The translations under genes and the position numbers were made by a program. A stretch of 43,176 nucleotides of DNA from NCBI GenBank assembly GCA_044370825.1, contig JBILUV010000001.1, positions 1 to 43,176 on the forward strand. Direction: 5' to 3'. The notes beneath the pieces were generated by a model. That model ran no database searches. It had not been told where the DNA came from and saw only the letters and a program-made list of their open reading frames with translations. Position 1 is the first letter of the stretch; each line of letters begins with the position of its first letter. The DNA is from Burkholderiales bacterium. GTDB taxonomy: Bacteria; Pseudomonadota; Gammaproteobacteria; Burkholderiales; Ga0077523. Shown one piece after another: positions 1 to 11,552 of this stretch.

Positions 1-1
1 T

Positions 2-1462
2 ACGGTGGTGTCCGTCACAGACGGCATCTGTCGCATCCACGGCCTCTCCGACGTCATGCAGGGGGAGATGCTGGAGTTCCCCGGTAATACCTTCGGGCTC
101 GCTCTGAACCTGGAACGCGATTCAGTAGGGGCGGTCATTCTCGGCGAGTATGAACATATTTCCGAAGGGGACACGGTCAAGTGCACGGGCCAGATTCTTT
201 CCGTTCCGGTTGGCCCCGAGCTTCTTGGCCGGGTCGTCAACTCTCTGGGCCAACCAATCGATGGCAAGGGTCCTTTGAACGCCAAGGAAACAGACGTCAT
301 CGAGAAGGTTGCGCCTGGGGTGATCTGGCGGAAGTCGGTGTCGCAGCCCGTGCAGACAGGACTCAAGGCGATCGATGCCATGGTACCGGTTGGTCGCGGT
401 CAGCGCGAACTCATCATCGGCGACCGCCAGACCGGCAAGACAGCGGTCGCCATCGACACCATCATCAACCAGAAAGGTAAAGACCTTCTCTGCGTGTATG
501 TCGCCATCGGTCAGAAAGCCTCCACGATAGCGAACGTCGTGCGCAAGCTCGAGGAATACGGCGCCCTGTCCTATACGATTATCGTCGCCGCCTCCGCCTC
601 CGAGTCCGCTGCCCTGCAGTACATTGCGCCTTATTCGGGCTGCACAATGGGGGAATACTTCCGCGATCGTGGACAAGACGCCCTCATCATCTACGATGAT
701 CTGACCAAGCAGGCGTGGGCGTACCGACAGATCTCGTTGTTGTTGCGCCGTCCCCCGGGCCGTGAAGCCTATCCCGGTGATGTGTTCTACCTTCACTCCC
801 GTCTGCTCGAGCGTGCGGCTCGAGTCAACGAAGAGTGGGTGGAGAAATTCACCAATGGAGCCGTCAAGGGAAAGACCGGCTCGCTTACCGCGCTCCCCGT
901 GATCGAAACCCAGGCGGGCGACGTGACCGCCTTCGTTCCCACGAACGTGATTTCGATCACTGACGGCCAGATCTTCCTCGAGACGGACCTGTTCAATGCA
1001 GGTATCCGCCCCGCGATCAACGCGGGCATCTCCGTGTCTCGGGTAGGTGGCGCTGCGCAGACCAAGATCATGAAGCGCAAGGACACCGGCGGCGGTGTTC
1101 GGCTTGCCCTGGCGCAGTACCGCGAGCTTGCTGCTTTCGCCCAGTTCGCTTCCGATCTCGATGAGGCCACCCGAAAGCAACTCGAGCGCGGACGAATGGT
1201 GACCGAGCTGATGAAACAGCCCCAGTATCAGCCGCTGGAAGTCTACGAGATGGCACTGACCCTCTTCGCGGTGAACAACGGTTTCTTTGATGAAATCGAT
1301 GTCAAGAAAGCACTCGCGGCTGAGAAGTCGATGCGTGAGTACCTCAAAGGCAAGTACGCGGACCTGATCAAGCGGATAGATGACCGCAAGGACCTTCCCG
1401 CCGACGATGAAAAGGCTCTCTCCGAAGCGCTCAAGGACTGGAAGAAGAACGGCAGCTACTGA
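2..1462 (+). CDS. atpA: F0F1 ATP synthase subunit alpha (5' end cut by window edge)
   Basis: The frame is open to the window start. It carries the Walker A motif GDRQTGKT and typical alpha-subunit sequence ([25 protein letters not shown]). The gamma, beta and epsilon genes follow in canonical order. Confidence 0.97.
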   Translation, partial: TVVSVTDGICRIHGLSDVMQGEMLEFPGNTFGLALNLERDSVGAVILGEYEHISEGDTVKCTGQILSVPVGPELLGRVVNSLGQPIDGKGPLNAKETDVIEKVAPGVIWRKSVSQPVQTGLKAIDAMVPVGRGQRELIIGDRQTGKTAVAIDTIINQKGKDLLCVYVAIGQKASTIANVVRKLEEYGALSYTIIVAASASESAALQYIAPYSGCTMGEYFRDRGQDALIIYDDLTKQAWAYRQISLLLRRPPGREAYPGDVFYLHSRLLERAARVNEEWVEKFTNGAVKGKTGSLTALPVIETQAGDVTAFVPTNVISITDGQIFLETDLFNAGIRPAINAGISVSRVGGAAQTKIMKRKDTGGGVRLALAQYRELAAFAQFASDLDEATRKQLERGRMVTELMKQPQYQPLEVYEMALTLFAVNNGFFDEIDVKKALAAEKSMREYLKGKYADLIKRIDDRKDLPADDEKALSEALKDWKKNGSY

Positions 1463-1495
1463 TCCGATGCCCGCTGATACCACAGGCTCCCACCC

Positions 1496-2359
1496 ATGCC
1501 CGGCACGAAAGAGATACGCGTAAAGATCAAGAGCGTGCAGAACACGCGAAAGATCACCAAAGCAATGGAAATGGTTGCCGCCTCCAAGATGCGGCGAGCG
1601 CAGGAACGCATGCGCGCGGCGCGGCCATACGCCGAGAAGATCCGCCACGTTGCGGCGCACATCTCGCATGCAAATGCCGAATACAAACACCCGTTCCTCG
1701 TCGAACGCGACACGGTGAAGCGTGTTGGCATCATCGTCGTAACCACGGACAAGGGTTTGTGCGGAGCGCTGAACACCAATTTGCTGCGACAGGTGCTGAC
1801 CCAATACAAGCAGTGGCAGGCAGAAGGTGAGGAGGTGGAGGTCTGCTGCATCGGCAACAAGGGGTTTGGGTTCATGCAGCGCCTTGGAGCCACCATCTCA
1901 TCGCATGTTGTGCAGTTGGGTGACCGGCCGCAAATGGACAAGCTCATCGGCGCCGTAAAGGTCATGCTCGACGGTTACATGCACGACCGTTTCGACCGGC
2001 TCGTCCTCGCGTATACCCGCTTCATCAACACGATGAAGCAGGAGGCCGTCCTGGAGCAGCTATTACCCCTCTCAGGCGACCGCCTCGGTGCCCCGGAAGG
2101 CACGTGGGACTACCTCTACGAACCTGAGGCAAAGGACGTCCTCGACCAGGTGCTGACACGCTACGTCGAGGCGCTGGTCTTCCAGGCCGTCGCGGAAAAC
2201 ATGGCGTCCGAACAGTCAGCGCGTATGGTCGCCATGAAGGCTGCCTCCGACAATGCAGCCACCCTGATAGACGAGCTCACCCTTGTCTACAACAAGAACC
2301 GGCAGGCCGCGATCACCAAGGAACTCTCCGAGATCGTGGGCGGTGCGGCAGCGGTGTGA
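1496..2359 (+). CDS. atpG: F0F1 ATP synthase subunit gamma
   Basis: 287-aa ORF with a typical gamma N-terminus ([30 protein letters not shown]) and C-terminus ([15 protein letters not shown]), positioned between atpA and atpD. Confidence 0.96.
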   Translation: MPGTKEIRVKIKSVQNTRKITKAMEMVAASKMRRAQERMRAARPYAEKIRHVAAHISHANAEYKHPFLVERDTVKRVGIIVVTTDKGLCGALNTNLLRQVLTQYKQWQAEGEEVEVCCIGNKGFGFMQRLGATISSHVVQLGDRPQMDKLIGAVKVMLDGYMHDRFDRLVLAYTRFINTMKQEAVLEQLLPLSGDRLGAPEGTWDYLYEPEAKDVLDQVLTRYVEALVFQAVAENMASEQSARMVAMKAASDNAATLIDELTLVYNKNRQAAITKELSEIVGGAAAV

Positions 2360-3853
<1,494 letters not shown>

Positions 3854-3894
3854 CCGACGCCGCATCTGTACGCCACCATTGCCTCTGAGGGAAC

Positions 3895-4314
3895 ATGGCA
3901 AACACCATCCAAGTGGACGTCGTCAGCGCGGAAGAGTCCATCTTCTCGGGGGAGGCGGACTTTGTCGTGCTTCCAGGTGAAACCGGAGAGCTTGGCATCT
4001 ATCCGCGCCACACGCCTCTGATCACCCGTATCAAGCCGGGATCGGTTCGCATCCAGCCTGCTGGGGGCGGAGACGAGCAGCTGATTTTCGTGGCAGGTGG
4101 CATCCTGGAAGTCCAGCCCAGCATGGTCACCGTTCTGGCCGACACGGCCATCCGAGGGCGGGATCTCGATGAAGCAAAGGCCAGCGAGGCGCTCAGACTC
4201 GCTGAGGAGGCTCGAGCCAAAACCCAGGACAAGGAAGAGATCGCAGCTGTCGAAGCTGAGCTCGCGTCGTTGGCTGCGCAACTCGCCGCGATCCGCAAGC
4301 TGCGCAAGCGCTGA
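3895..4314 (+). CDS. atpC: F0F1 ATP synthase subunit epsilon
   Basis: 139-aa ORF with an epsilon-like N-terminal domain ([36 protein letters not shown]) and a helical C-terminus. It is the last gene of the atp operon. Confidence 0.94.
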   Translation: MANTIQVDVVSAEESIFSGEADFVVLPGETGELGIYPRHTPLITRIKPGSVRIQPAGGGDEQLIFVAGGILEVQPSMVTVLADTAIRGRDLDEAKASEALRLAEEARAKTQDKEEIAAVEAELASLAAQLAAIRKLRKR

Positions 4315-4335
4315 CCGGCCCTTTTCCGTCAAAAA

Positions 4336-4359
4336 GGGCGACCGCGGTCGCCCTTTTTT
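4336..4359 (+). terminator. Rho-independent terminator of the atp operon
   Basis: Perfect GC hairpin GGGCGACC-GC-GGTCGCCC followed by TTTTTT, about 20 nt after the atpC stop. An A-run precedes the stem. Confidence 0.85.
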
Positions 4360-4508
4360 ATCGCCCCAGCGCCTGCCCGCAGAGTTGGGCAGATGAACAC
4401 CCGGGCCGGGTGGCGGCAGCGCCCACGAAAACACTTATCCCACCTCCGCGCACCGCGCGCCGCCAAACCATCCCGAGATAACGTCCTGACCGCCGCAGCC
4501 CGTTATCA

Positions 4509-4526
4509 TTGGTCAACTTTGACCAA
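4509..4526. promoter_or_regulatory. Candidate operator: perfect palindrome TTGGTCAA-CT-TTGACCAA
   Basis: 8-bp perfect inverted repeat with a 2-nt spacer, ending 18 nt before the yafJ-like ATG (4545). A second inverted repeat, GATAACG(4477-4483)/CGTTATC(4501-4507), lies just upstream. Confidence 0.4.
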
Positions 4527-4544
4527 ACACCTGCGACGCTCCGA

Positions 4545-5336
4545 ATGTGCCAGCTTCTCGGCATGAACTGCAACGTCCCGACCGACATCTGCTTTTCGTT
4601 CGCGGGATTTCAGCAACGTGGCGGTAGAACGGATCACCATGCCGACGGATGGGGTATTGCGTTCTTCGAGAACCGGGGTTGTCGCGTCTTCCTAGATCAT
4701 CAGCCAGCAGCGACCTCCGCAGTTGCACGCCTCGTGCGCGAATACCCGATACGCTCGAAAAACGTCATCGCCCATATCCGGAAGGCCACACATGGCGCCG
4801 TCGCCCTTGAAAACACCCACCCGTTCAATCGAGAGCTTTGGGGTCGATACTGGATTTTCGCCCACAATGGGACGCTGACCGACTACGACCCCGATCTCGA
4901 TGGCACTTACCAGCCAGTCGGCGCCACCGACAGCGAGTCAGCCTTCTGTCATTTGCTGCAAACCCTTCGCGAACGATTCGGTCTGGTCGCCCCGCCGGAC
5001 GATCAGTTCGTTCTGGCGATCCAGCACTGGGCGGACCAAACCGCTGCCCACGGCACGCTGAATTTTCTGCTATCCGACGGGGAACTGCTGCTCGCTCGCT
5101 GCTCCGACAAGCTTTGCTATGTCGAACGCAGAGCGCCCTTCCCAGTCGCGCACTTGGTGGACGAGGACGTCAGCGTGGATTTCGCAGAGGTGACCACGCC
5201 GAATGATCGGGTGGCCGTGATCGCCACCGTTCCGCTTACGGACAACGAGACGTGGACGTCCCTGACCCCAGGCGAACTCGCGGTCTTTCGGCATGGAGCC
5301 CGTCTGTGTGACGAGTTAACGGCGAAGAGCGTTTGA
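4545..5336 (+). CDS. yafJ: Class II (Ntn-type) glutamine amidotransferase, YafJ-like
   Basis: Starting at ATG 4545 gives Met-Cys (MCQLLGMNCNVPTDICFSF), as expected for an N-terminal nucleophile Cys. It resembles E. coli YafJ along its length (HIRKATHGAVALENTHPF, APFPVAHL). Confidence 0.85.
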   Translation: MCQLLGMNCNVPTDICFSFAGFQQRGGRTDHHADGWGIAFFENRGCRVFLDHQPAATSAVARLVREYPIRSKNVIAHIRKATHGAVALENTHPFNRELWGRYWIFAHNGTLTDYDPDLDGTYQPVGATDSESAFCHLLQTLRERFGLVAPPDDQFVLAIQHWADQTAAHGTLNFLLSDGELLLARCSDKLCYVERRAPFPVAHLVDEDVSVDFAEVTTPNDRVAVIATVPLTDNETWTSLTPGELAVFRHGARLCDELTAKSV

Positions 5337-5406
5337 CAGTCACTCGGGTGCCCAATAGGCTGCGCGCCACACACAGGCCAAGAGAAACCGAAGAGGGAGA
5401 GCAGCC

Positions 5407-6564
5407 ATGATCGAACGACTTGTCGCCGCATTTGCCACGGCAACGTTGTTGTCCGTCCCGTCCCTGACCGCCGCCAAGGACACCGTGCGTATCGTTTTCA
5501 TCGGCCCGCTGACGGGGGGAGTGGCGGCGAACGGCCTTGGCGGACGCAACTCCGTGGACCTGGCCGTGAAACTGCGCAACGCGGACCCCAGGGCCCGCTT
5601 TTCCTACGACTTGGTCGTGCTGGATGATGAGTGCAAACCCAATGTCGGGGTTCAGGTGGCGACGAAAGCGGCTTCCGACAACAGCATCATCGGTGGGGTG
5701 ACGCATTATTGTTCCACCGTCGCCATGGGCACCGTGGACGTATACCACCGCTTCGGGCTTCCTGTGATTATCTGGGGTGCCGTTCTCCCCGACGTTACCT
5801 ACGCCAATGACTACCGGGAGATCCACCGGGTCAACGGCACCATGATCAACCAGAACGAAACGGCAGCCCAGTTCATGACCGCCCAGAAGTTCAAGCGCTG
5901 GGCGATCGTGCACGACACTACCGACTACGGCAAAGGCCACAACAAGTACTTCGCCGAATACCTCCAGAAGAACGGTGGCCAGATACTGGGCAGCTTCGGT
6001 GTCACTGCGGACCAGCAGGATTTTTCGGCCGAGCTCACAAAGATCAAGGAGCTCAAACCCGAGGTGGTCTATTTCGGCGGCATCACGCCTCTCGGGGTGC
6101 GCGTTCGAAGCCAGATGGACAAGTTCGGGGTCAAGGCCGTCTTCCAGGGTACCTCCGGCATCATCTCCGATGCCTTTGTCGAGGGCCTCGGGCCGCTCGC
6201 TGAAGGGGTGGTGGCATTCCGCGAGGGTGCCCCTGCGGAGAAGCTGCCCGGCGGAAAGGCCTTCCTGGAGCAGTATGCGAAGGCGAAGTACAGCGATGAT
6301 CCGGAGGCGTACGGCCCGTTCGCCTTCGTTGCCGCAAACCTGCTGATGGATGCTATCGAGAAGTTCGGCCCTGATCGCAAGAAGGTGCGGGCCGAACTGA
6401 ACAAGACCCGTGATTATGAGTCCGTCGTCGGCCGCATCACTTTCGACGACCACCGACAGAATGCGGTGCCGGTCATCACCAAGTTCGTTGTTCAGGATGG
6501 GCGATGGATGGTCTGGGAGGACAGTGAATACGCCAAGGGCAAGCGCGCCCTGGTCCGGAAGTAA
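5407..6564 (+). CDS. ABC transporter substrate-binding protein, branched-chain amino acid (LivK/Peripla_BP_6) type
   Basis: Signal peptide (MIERLVAAFATATLLSVPSLTAAKD), then IGPLTGG and the overall LivK-like pattern. GAGGGAGAG lies upstream, and livHMGF-like genes follow. Confidence 0.88.
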   Translation: MIERLVAAFATATLLSVPSLTAAKDTVRIVFIGPLTGGVAANGLGGRNSVDLAVKLRNADPRARFSYDLVVLDDECKPNVGVQVATKAASDNSIIGGVTHYCSTVAMGTVDVYHRFGLPVIIWGAVLPDVTYANDYREIHRVNGTMINQNETAAQFMTAQKFKRWAIVHDTTDYGKGHNKYFAEYLQKNGGQILGSFGVTADQQDFSAELTKIKELKPEVVYFGGITPLGVRVRSQMDKFGVKAVFQGTSGIISDAFVEGLGPLAEGVVAFREGAPAEKLPGGKAFLEQYAKAKYSDDPEAYGPFAFVAANLLMDAIEKFGPDRKKVRAELNKTRDYESVVGRITFDDHRQNAVPVITKFVVQDGRWMVWEDSEYAKGKRALVRK

Positions 6565-6573
6565 TCTGCCGCC

Positions 6574-7491
6574 ATGGATATCGCGCTGCTCGCGCAGCAC
6601 GTCCTTAATGGCGCCATGCTGGGGGTGATCTACGCGCTTGTGGCGGTGGGTTTCACGCTGTTCTTCGGGGTGCTCGACGTCATCAAGTTCTCCCATGGCG
6701 ATGTGGTCATGCTGGGTGCCTTCGTCGCCCTTGCCACGTCCGTCGGTCTGTCCGGGCAGGCTTTCCCCGCCGCCGTCACCCTTGCCGCGATGCTCGTGAT
6801 CTCGGTGATCGCCATGGGTGTGGTAGGCGCTCTGCTCGCCCGCTTCCTCGTCCTCCCCCTGCGCAGGGCCCCCACGCTCAACGTGCTGCTCATCACCTTG
6901 ATGGCTGGCACGGTCATACGGGAAGCTGTACGTCTGTTCTATCCCCAGGGCTCCAACCCCAAGCCTTTCCCCCGCCTGCTGCCAGGTGGGGCCTGGGAGT
7001 TCGGCCAGTTCACCCTGAGACACGACAGCGCGATCCTTCTCGTGCTCGGCGTGGCGGCGATCGTCACGGTACACATCCTGATCCGTCACACCCGCCTGGG
7101 GCTGGCCATCCGCGCCGTCGCCCAGGACGCAGAGACGGCGTCGACCATGGGAATCCCGTTTCAGCGCACGGTGCTCGCCACCTTTGCCATCGGGTCCGCG
7201 CTCGCCGCGCTCGCGGGTGTGGTCAACGGCCTCTACTACAGCGAGGTTAGCTTCAACATGGGCCTGCTGTTGGGTGCCATCGGGTTCTCGGCTGCGGTGA
7301 TCGGCGGCCTGGGCAATGTCTACGGCGCGATCCTTGGGGGCTTCATCTTCGCAGGACTGCAGACGGTGGGGGCGGTGGCCTTGCCCATCGCCAGTGCTTA
7401 CAAGGATGTGTTTGCCTTTGGTGCCGTGATCGTCCTCATGGCACTGAAGCCGGGCGGCCTGCTGGTCGAGCGATCGGCCGAGCGGGTCTGA
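6574..7491 (+). CDS. Branched-chain amino acid ABC transporter permease (LivH-like)
   Basis: Polytopic hydrophobic 305-aa ORF with LivH-like motifs (LNGAMLGVIYALVAVGFTLFFG, FSHGDVVMLGAF). Confidence 0.88.
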   Translation: MDIALLAQHVLNGAMLGVIYALVAVGFTLFFGVLDVIKFSHGDVVMLGAFVALATSVGLSGQAFPAAVTLAAMLVISVIAMGVVGALLARFLVLPLRRAPTLNVLLITLMAGTVIREAVRLFYPQGSNPKPFPRLLPGGAWEFGQFTLRHDSAILLVLGVAAIVTVHILIRHTRLGLAIRAVAQDAETASTMGIPFQRTVLATFAIGSALAALAGVVNGLYYSEVSFNMGLLLGAIGFSAAVIGGLGNVYGAILGGFIFAGLQTVGAVALPIASAYKDVFAFGAVIVLMALKPGGLLVERSAERV

Positions 7492-7506
7492 GAGGCCTTA
7501 CGACCT

Positions 7507-8646
7507 ATGAGTACGATCCTGCCTGCGCTCGCCGCAATCCTCGGAGCCGCCCTCGCGATACTCGGCCTCATGCTCGCGGACAAGCAGTGGGAAGTCGCCG
7601 CAGTGGCGGTCGCCTGTGTCGCAGTGGTCCTGATGGCTGGACGCCTGGGTTGGACGGAGCGCGTGCACCGATCCGCTGGCCGACACGGTCTCGTCGCCAA
7701 CGCGCTGGCGTGGAGCACTGCTGCGGTCGTCATCTTCCTGCTACGTGAACACAACTTCGAATTGCTGATGCTGTGCACCGTGATGCTCTACATGGTGGCG
7801 GGCCTCGGACTCACGGTGCAGTTCGGATTCGCCGGCGTCGTCAATTTCGCCGCAGCGGCGTTTCTCGGAGTCGGGGCCTACTGCGCGGCAGTGCTGCTGA
7901 CATCCAGTCCCCTTCCGCCATTGCTCGTCGTTCTCGTTGCCGGTCTGGTGAGCGCCTTGGTGGGTTCGGTCCTGCTCTTGCCTCTGTTGCGCACCCGCGG
8001 CCACTACGCGGCTCTCATCACGATCGCCTTCGGCATCCTGTTCCGGACCTTCCTCGAGGTCAATGACGCGCTTGGCGGACCGCAGGGCCTGAAGGTTCCG
8101 GGCATGCGGCTCGCAGGTGTCGATTTCAACAGCGCCATCGAGATCGGCGACGAGACAGAGTGGTCGTTCTATCTCCAATACGCCGGCCTGTGTCTCGCGG
8201 TGTTGTTCCTGGCCACGATGCTGGTTCGTCGCCTCGAGCGCTCCTGGCTGGGACTGTCGATGGATGCGGTGCGTCTGGACGAAACCGCAGCTGCCGCGTT
8301 CGGCCTCAATGCCGCTGCCTGGAAGATCGTAGCCTTCTCCGCGGGCAATTTCCTCGCCGGCATCGCCGGAGCGCTCTATGCCATGCTATCGGGATTCATC
8401 GCCCCGGCTAGCTTCACTTTTGGCGACTCGCTGATCCTGGTATCCATTGTCATCCTTGGCGGGCTCGGCAATCCCCTGGGCCTGCTGCCGGCGGCGCTCA
8501 TCGTGGTCGTCCTCCCCGAGAAGTTGCAGGTTATCCAGGAATACCGTTTCCTGCTGTTCGCGGCACTTGTGATAGGTATCCTCCTGCTGAGACCTGGCGG
8601 CCTGCTGCCCCGCCGCCCCCGCCAATATTTCAGGAACCCGGGATGA
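7507..8646 (+). CDS. Branched-chain amino acid ABC transporter permease (LivM-like)
   Basis: Hydrophobic 379-aa ORF with a LivM-like core (GLGLTVQFGFAGVVNFAAAAFLGVGAY). Its stop overlaps the next start (ATGA). Confidence 0.86.
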   Translation: MSTILPALAAILGAALAILGLMLADKQWEVAAVAVACVAVVLMAGRLGWTERVHRSAGRHGLVANALAWSTAAVVIFLLREHNFELLMLCTVMLYMVAGLGLTVQFGFAGVVNFAAAAFLGVGAYCAAVLLTSSPLPPLLVVLVAGLVSALVGSVLLLPLLRTRGHYAALITIAFGILFRTFLEVNDALGGPQGLKVPGMRLAGVDFNSAIEIGDETEWSFYLQYAGLCLAVLFLATMLVRRLERSWLGLSMDAVRLDETAAAAFGLNAAAWKIVAFSAGNFLAGIAGALYAMLSGFIAPASFTFGDSLILVSIVILGGLGNPLGLLPAALIVVVLPEKLQVIQEYRFLLFAALVIGILLLRPGGLLPRRPRQYFRNPG

Positions 8647-9425
8647 GCGGCGAACCACTTCTCGTAGCGGCCAGCCTGTCGGTCAGGTTTGGCGGTGTCC
8701 GGGCTCTCGATGGCTTGAACCTGAGCATCGATGAAGGCGAGATGCTCGGCCTGATCGGGCCCAATGGTTCCGGCAAAACCACTTTCTTCAACACCGTGAC
8801 CGGCTTCGTCGTCCCGGCCGGCGGGAGCATCCGCTTCGCGGGCGAGGATCTTACGGGGATGATCCCGCGCAAAGTGGCGCGTCGCGGTATTGCGCGTACC
8901 TTCCAGCGTCTGCGTTTGTTGCTCGAACTTTCGGTATTCGACAACCTCATGCTCGGTCTGCACCTCTCGCTGGATCACGGCGTCTGGAGCAACCTGCTGT
9001 TCCGCAGGGGACTGCGCCAGAGCATCGATCGGTACACCACGATCGCCAGGGACCTCCTGGCCCAGTTCAGCCCGGCCCTGCCCGATCGCCTGTTCGAACC
9101 GGCGGGTGCCCTGACCATGATCGATCGGCGCCGTGTCGAGGTCTGCCGGGCACTGATCCGCGAACCGAGACTGTTGCTTCTGGATGAGCCGTCCGCCGGA
9201 ATGACGCCTGACGAGACGCATGAACTCATGCGTGATCTGCTGCGTGTGAAGGCTGGCCGTCCAGCCCTTGCCGTGGTCCTGATCGAGCACGACATGACCG
9301 TCATCGAGAGTGTTGCCCAGCGCTGCGCTGTACTCGATTACGGACGCAAGCTCTGCGAGGGCAGCTACGCGCAGGTGACTGCAGATCCCGAAGTGCGACG
9401 CGCCTACCTGGGGCTTGAGGAATGA
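8643..9425 (+). CDS. ABC transporter ATP-binding protein (LivG-like)
   Basis: Walker A GPNGSGKTT, LLLDEPSAGM, and ATGA start/stop overlaps on both sides. Confidence 0.9.
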   Translation: MSGEPLLVAASLSVRFGGVRALDGLNLSIDEGEMLGLIGPNGSGKTTFFNTVTGFVVPAGGSIRFAGEDLTGMIPRKVARRGIARTFQRLRLLLELSVFDNLMLGLHLSLDHGVWSNLLFRRGLRQSIDRYTTIARDLLAQFSPALPDRLFEPAGALTMIDRRRVEVCRALIREPRLLLLDEPSAGMTPDETHELMRDLLRVKAGRPALAVVLIEHDMTVIESVAQRCAVLDYGRKLCEGSYAQVTADPEVRRAYLGLEE

Positions 9426-10159
9426 CTTCTGCGCTCGGACTCGAGGTCCGCGGCATCCGGGTGGGCTACGACCGGGTCGACGTGCTTCAGGATGTGTCCC
9501 TGTTGGCCCACCCGGGAGAGATCACCTGCCTGCTGGGTGCCAACGGATCCGGCAAGACTACGCTGGTGCGGGCTGTTCTCGGCCTGACGCCACCGCGCGA
9601 AGGTGAAATCCTGCTGGGGAGCAGTAGGATCTCGGGTATGCCCACCCACCAGATCGTGGGACTCGGCATCGGTGCCATTCCAGAGGGGCGGCGGGTCTTT
9701 CCGAAGCTCACGGTCGAGGAGAACCTGCGGACGGGCGCCTACCTAGTCGCTGATCGGGAACTTGTCGGCCAGCGCATGGTGAACGTGTACGAGACCTTCC
9801 CCCGCCTGCGGGAGCGTGCGTCACAGCTGGCGGGTACCCTGTCCGGGGGCGAGCAGGCGATGCTGTCCATCGGGCGCGGGTTGATGGGCTCACCGGGACT
9901 GCTGATCATCGACGAGCCCTCGCTGGGCCTGTCACCGAAGTTCGTGAAGGAGAACTTCCAGGTCATACGTCGCATCAACGAATCGGGCGTCTCCGTCCTG
10001 CTCGTCGAGCAGAACGTGCACCAGACTCTCGAGGTCTCCCATCGCGGCTATCTGCTCTCCGGGGGCCGGGTCGTGGCGTCGGGCACAGCGGCCGAGCTGA
10101 AGCGCCACCCGGAGCTTGTGGCTGCGTATTTTGGAGACACTCAGACGCCGGGAAGCTGA
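9422..10159 (+). CDS. ABC transporter ATP-binding protein (LivF-like)
   Basis: Walker A GANGSGKTT, signature LSGGEQ, Walker B LLIIDEPS. Confidence 0.9.
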   Translation: MTSALGLEVRGIRVGYDRVDVLQDVSLLAHPGEITCLLGANGSGKTTLVRAVLGLTPPREGEILLGSSRISGMPTHQIVGLGIGAIPEGRRVFPKLTVEENLRTGAYLVADRELVGQRMVNVYETFPRLRERASQLAGTLSGGEQAMLSIGRGLMGSPGLLIIDEPSLGLSPKFVKENFQVIRRINESGVSVLLVEQNVHQTLEVSHRGYLLSGGRVVASGTAAELKRHPELVAAYFGDTQTPGS

Positions 10160-10240
10160 CTTCCGCGGTTGCGCAGGTTCTGCGCGTTCCAGTCCCGGTG
10201 CGCCGCTATACTCGGCGGATATTTTCAGGACACTACATCC

Positions 10241-11368
10241 ATGGCTGCCATCGATCCCCTGAGGCTCACCCAGGAGCTGCTCACCTTCAATACGATCAAC
10301 CCGCCTGGCGCGGAGGAACCCTGCGCACGGCATATCGGCGCCTTGCTGGAGGCGGTCGGGTACCGGGTGACATATCACGGCTTCGGTTCTGGCCGAGCCA
10401 ATCTGGTCGCGACCATTGGCGGCAGCGACGAGATCGCCCCGATCTGTTTCACCGGGCACATCGACATCGTCCCTCTTGGAGCCAAGCCCTGGAGCCATGA
10501 TCCGTTCGCGGGAGAGACCGATGGCGGGAGAATGTACGGGCGCGGGTCCAGTGACATGAAGGCAGGGGTGGCGGCTTTCGTGGCTGCGGCAGTCGAACTG
10601 GCGCCTCATCTGGCGCGCTCTCCCGGGGTGTCCATCGTCATCACCGCTGGCGAGGAGACTGGCTGCCAGGGCGCCTTCGACCTCGTCTCCAAACCCGGTG
10701 CACTCGGGCGCGCGGGTGCGATCGTGGTGGCCGAGCCCACCGGCAACTTTCCCTACGTCGGCCATCGGGGCGCCTACTGGCTGCAGGCCCGCACCAGCGG
10801 CATCACCGCGCATGGCTCGATGCCCGAAAAAGGTGTCAATGCCGTGTACAAGGCCGCCCGAGCCGTCACCTGCCTGGAGCATTTTCACTTCTCCACGCCG
10901 CCGCACGCCATGATGGGCCAGGGAACGCTGAACGTCGGTACCCTCAGCGGGGGGCTCAACATCAACTCCGTTCCTGATCAGGCCGTCATTGGTATCGACA
11001 TGCGCACTGTCCCGACCCAGAGTCATGCGCATATCAGGGAGGAACTCGGGCACGTTCTGGGGCCGGAGGTACAACTCGAGACGCTGCTGGACGTGGCTGC
11101 GGTCTACACGGAACCGCAGGAAGCCTGGGTGCAGAGCGTATTCGACGTGATGGCCCCTTATCTCGGCAGCCGACCCGAGCCCCGGACGGCGACGTATTTC
11201 ACCGACGCCGCGGCCCTGAAGCCGGCTCTCGGCAACCCACCGACCTTGATCCTTGGCCCCGGTGAGCCGCACATGGCGCACCAGACAGATGAGTACTGCG
11301 AGACCGAGCGGGTAAAGGCCGCGACCCAGGCGTTCCTGCGCATCATGCAGGACTGGTGTCGCGCCTGA
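10241..11368 (+). CDS. M20 family metallopeptidase / deacylase (ArgE/DapE-like)
   Basis: Motifs GHIDIVP...W..DPF and GRGSSDMKAG are typical of the ArgE/DapE/CPG2 M20 family. I chose the internal ATG 10241 (MAAIDPLRLTQELL) over the longer ORF start at 10169. Confidence 0.82.
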   Translation: MAAIDPLRLTQELLTFNTINPPGAEEPCARHIGALLEAVGYRVTYHGFGSGRANLVATIGGSDEIAPICFTGHIDIVPLGAKPWSHDPFAGETDGGRMYGRGSSDMKAGVAAFVAAAVELAPHLARSPGVSIVITAGEETGCQGAFDLVSKPGALGRAGAIVVAEPTGNFPYVGHRGAYWLQARTSGITAHGSMPEKGVNAVYKAARAVTCLEHFHFSTPPHAMMGQGTLNVGTLSGGLNINSVPDQAVIGIDMRTVPTQSHAHIREELGHVLGPEVQLETLLDVAAVYTEPQEAWVQSVFDVMAPYLGSRPEPRTATYFTDAAALKPALGNPPTLILGPGEPHMAHQTDEYCETERVKAATQAFLRIMQDWCRA

Positions 11369-11552
11369 GTCCGAGCGCTTTAAGCCTCATGCCGGACCGA
11401 GCGCGATGTCCATGACGCCCGGCTTTCCGGTCGATTGCTTCCGCACCCGGGCGCACCGATCGGGGACGACGCTCGTCGACCCGCGGATTGCCGCGATCGG
11501 CACGGGCTCACGCTTTGGACACATGCTCCCGTTTGTCTGCATGAGTTAGACC

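Noticed and set aside
122-1804. Very long antisense ORFs opposite well-supported genes. Examples are 122-1804 (-) over atpA/atpG, 2372-3901 (-) over atpD, 5236-7089 (-), 9932-11281 (-), 16519-19305 (-) over the YdiJ-like gene, 26509-28593 (+) over the IlvD/Edd gene, and 35436-36902, 37357-38565, 39285-40466 and 40378-41565 (+) over the dpp-like operon.
   Set aside because: Their translations are Arg/Gly/His/Pro/Asp-rich low-complexity sequence with no recognisable motifs. The opposite strand encodes proteins with clear family signatures. Stop-poor antisense frames are expected in GC-rich coding DNA.
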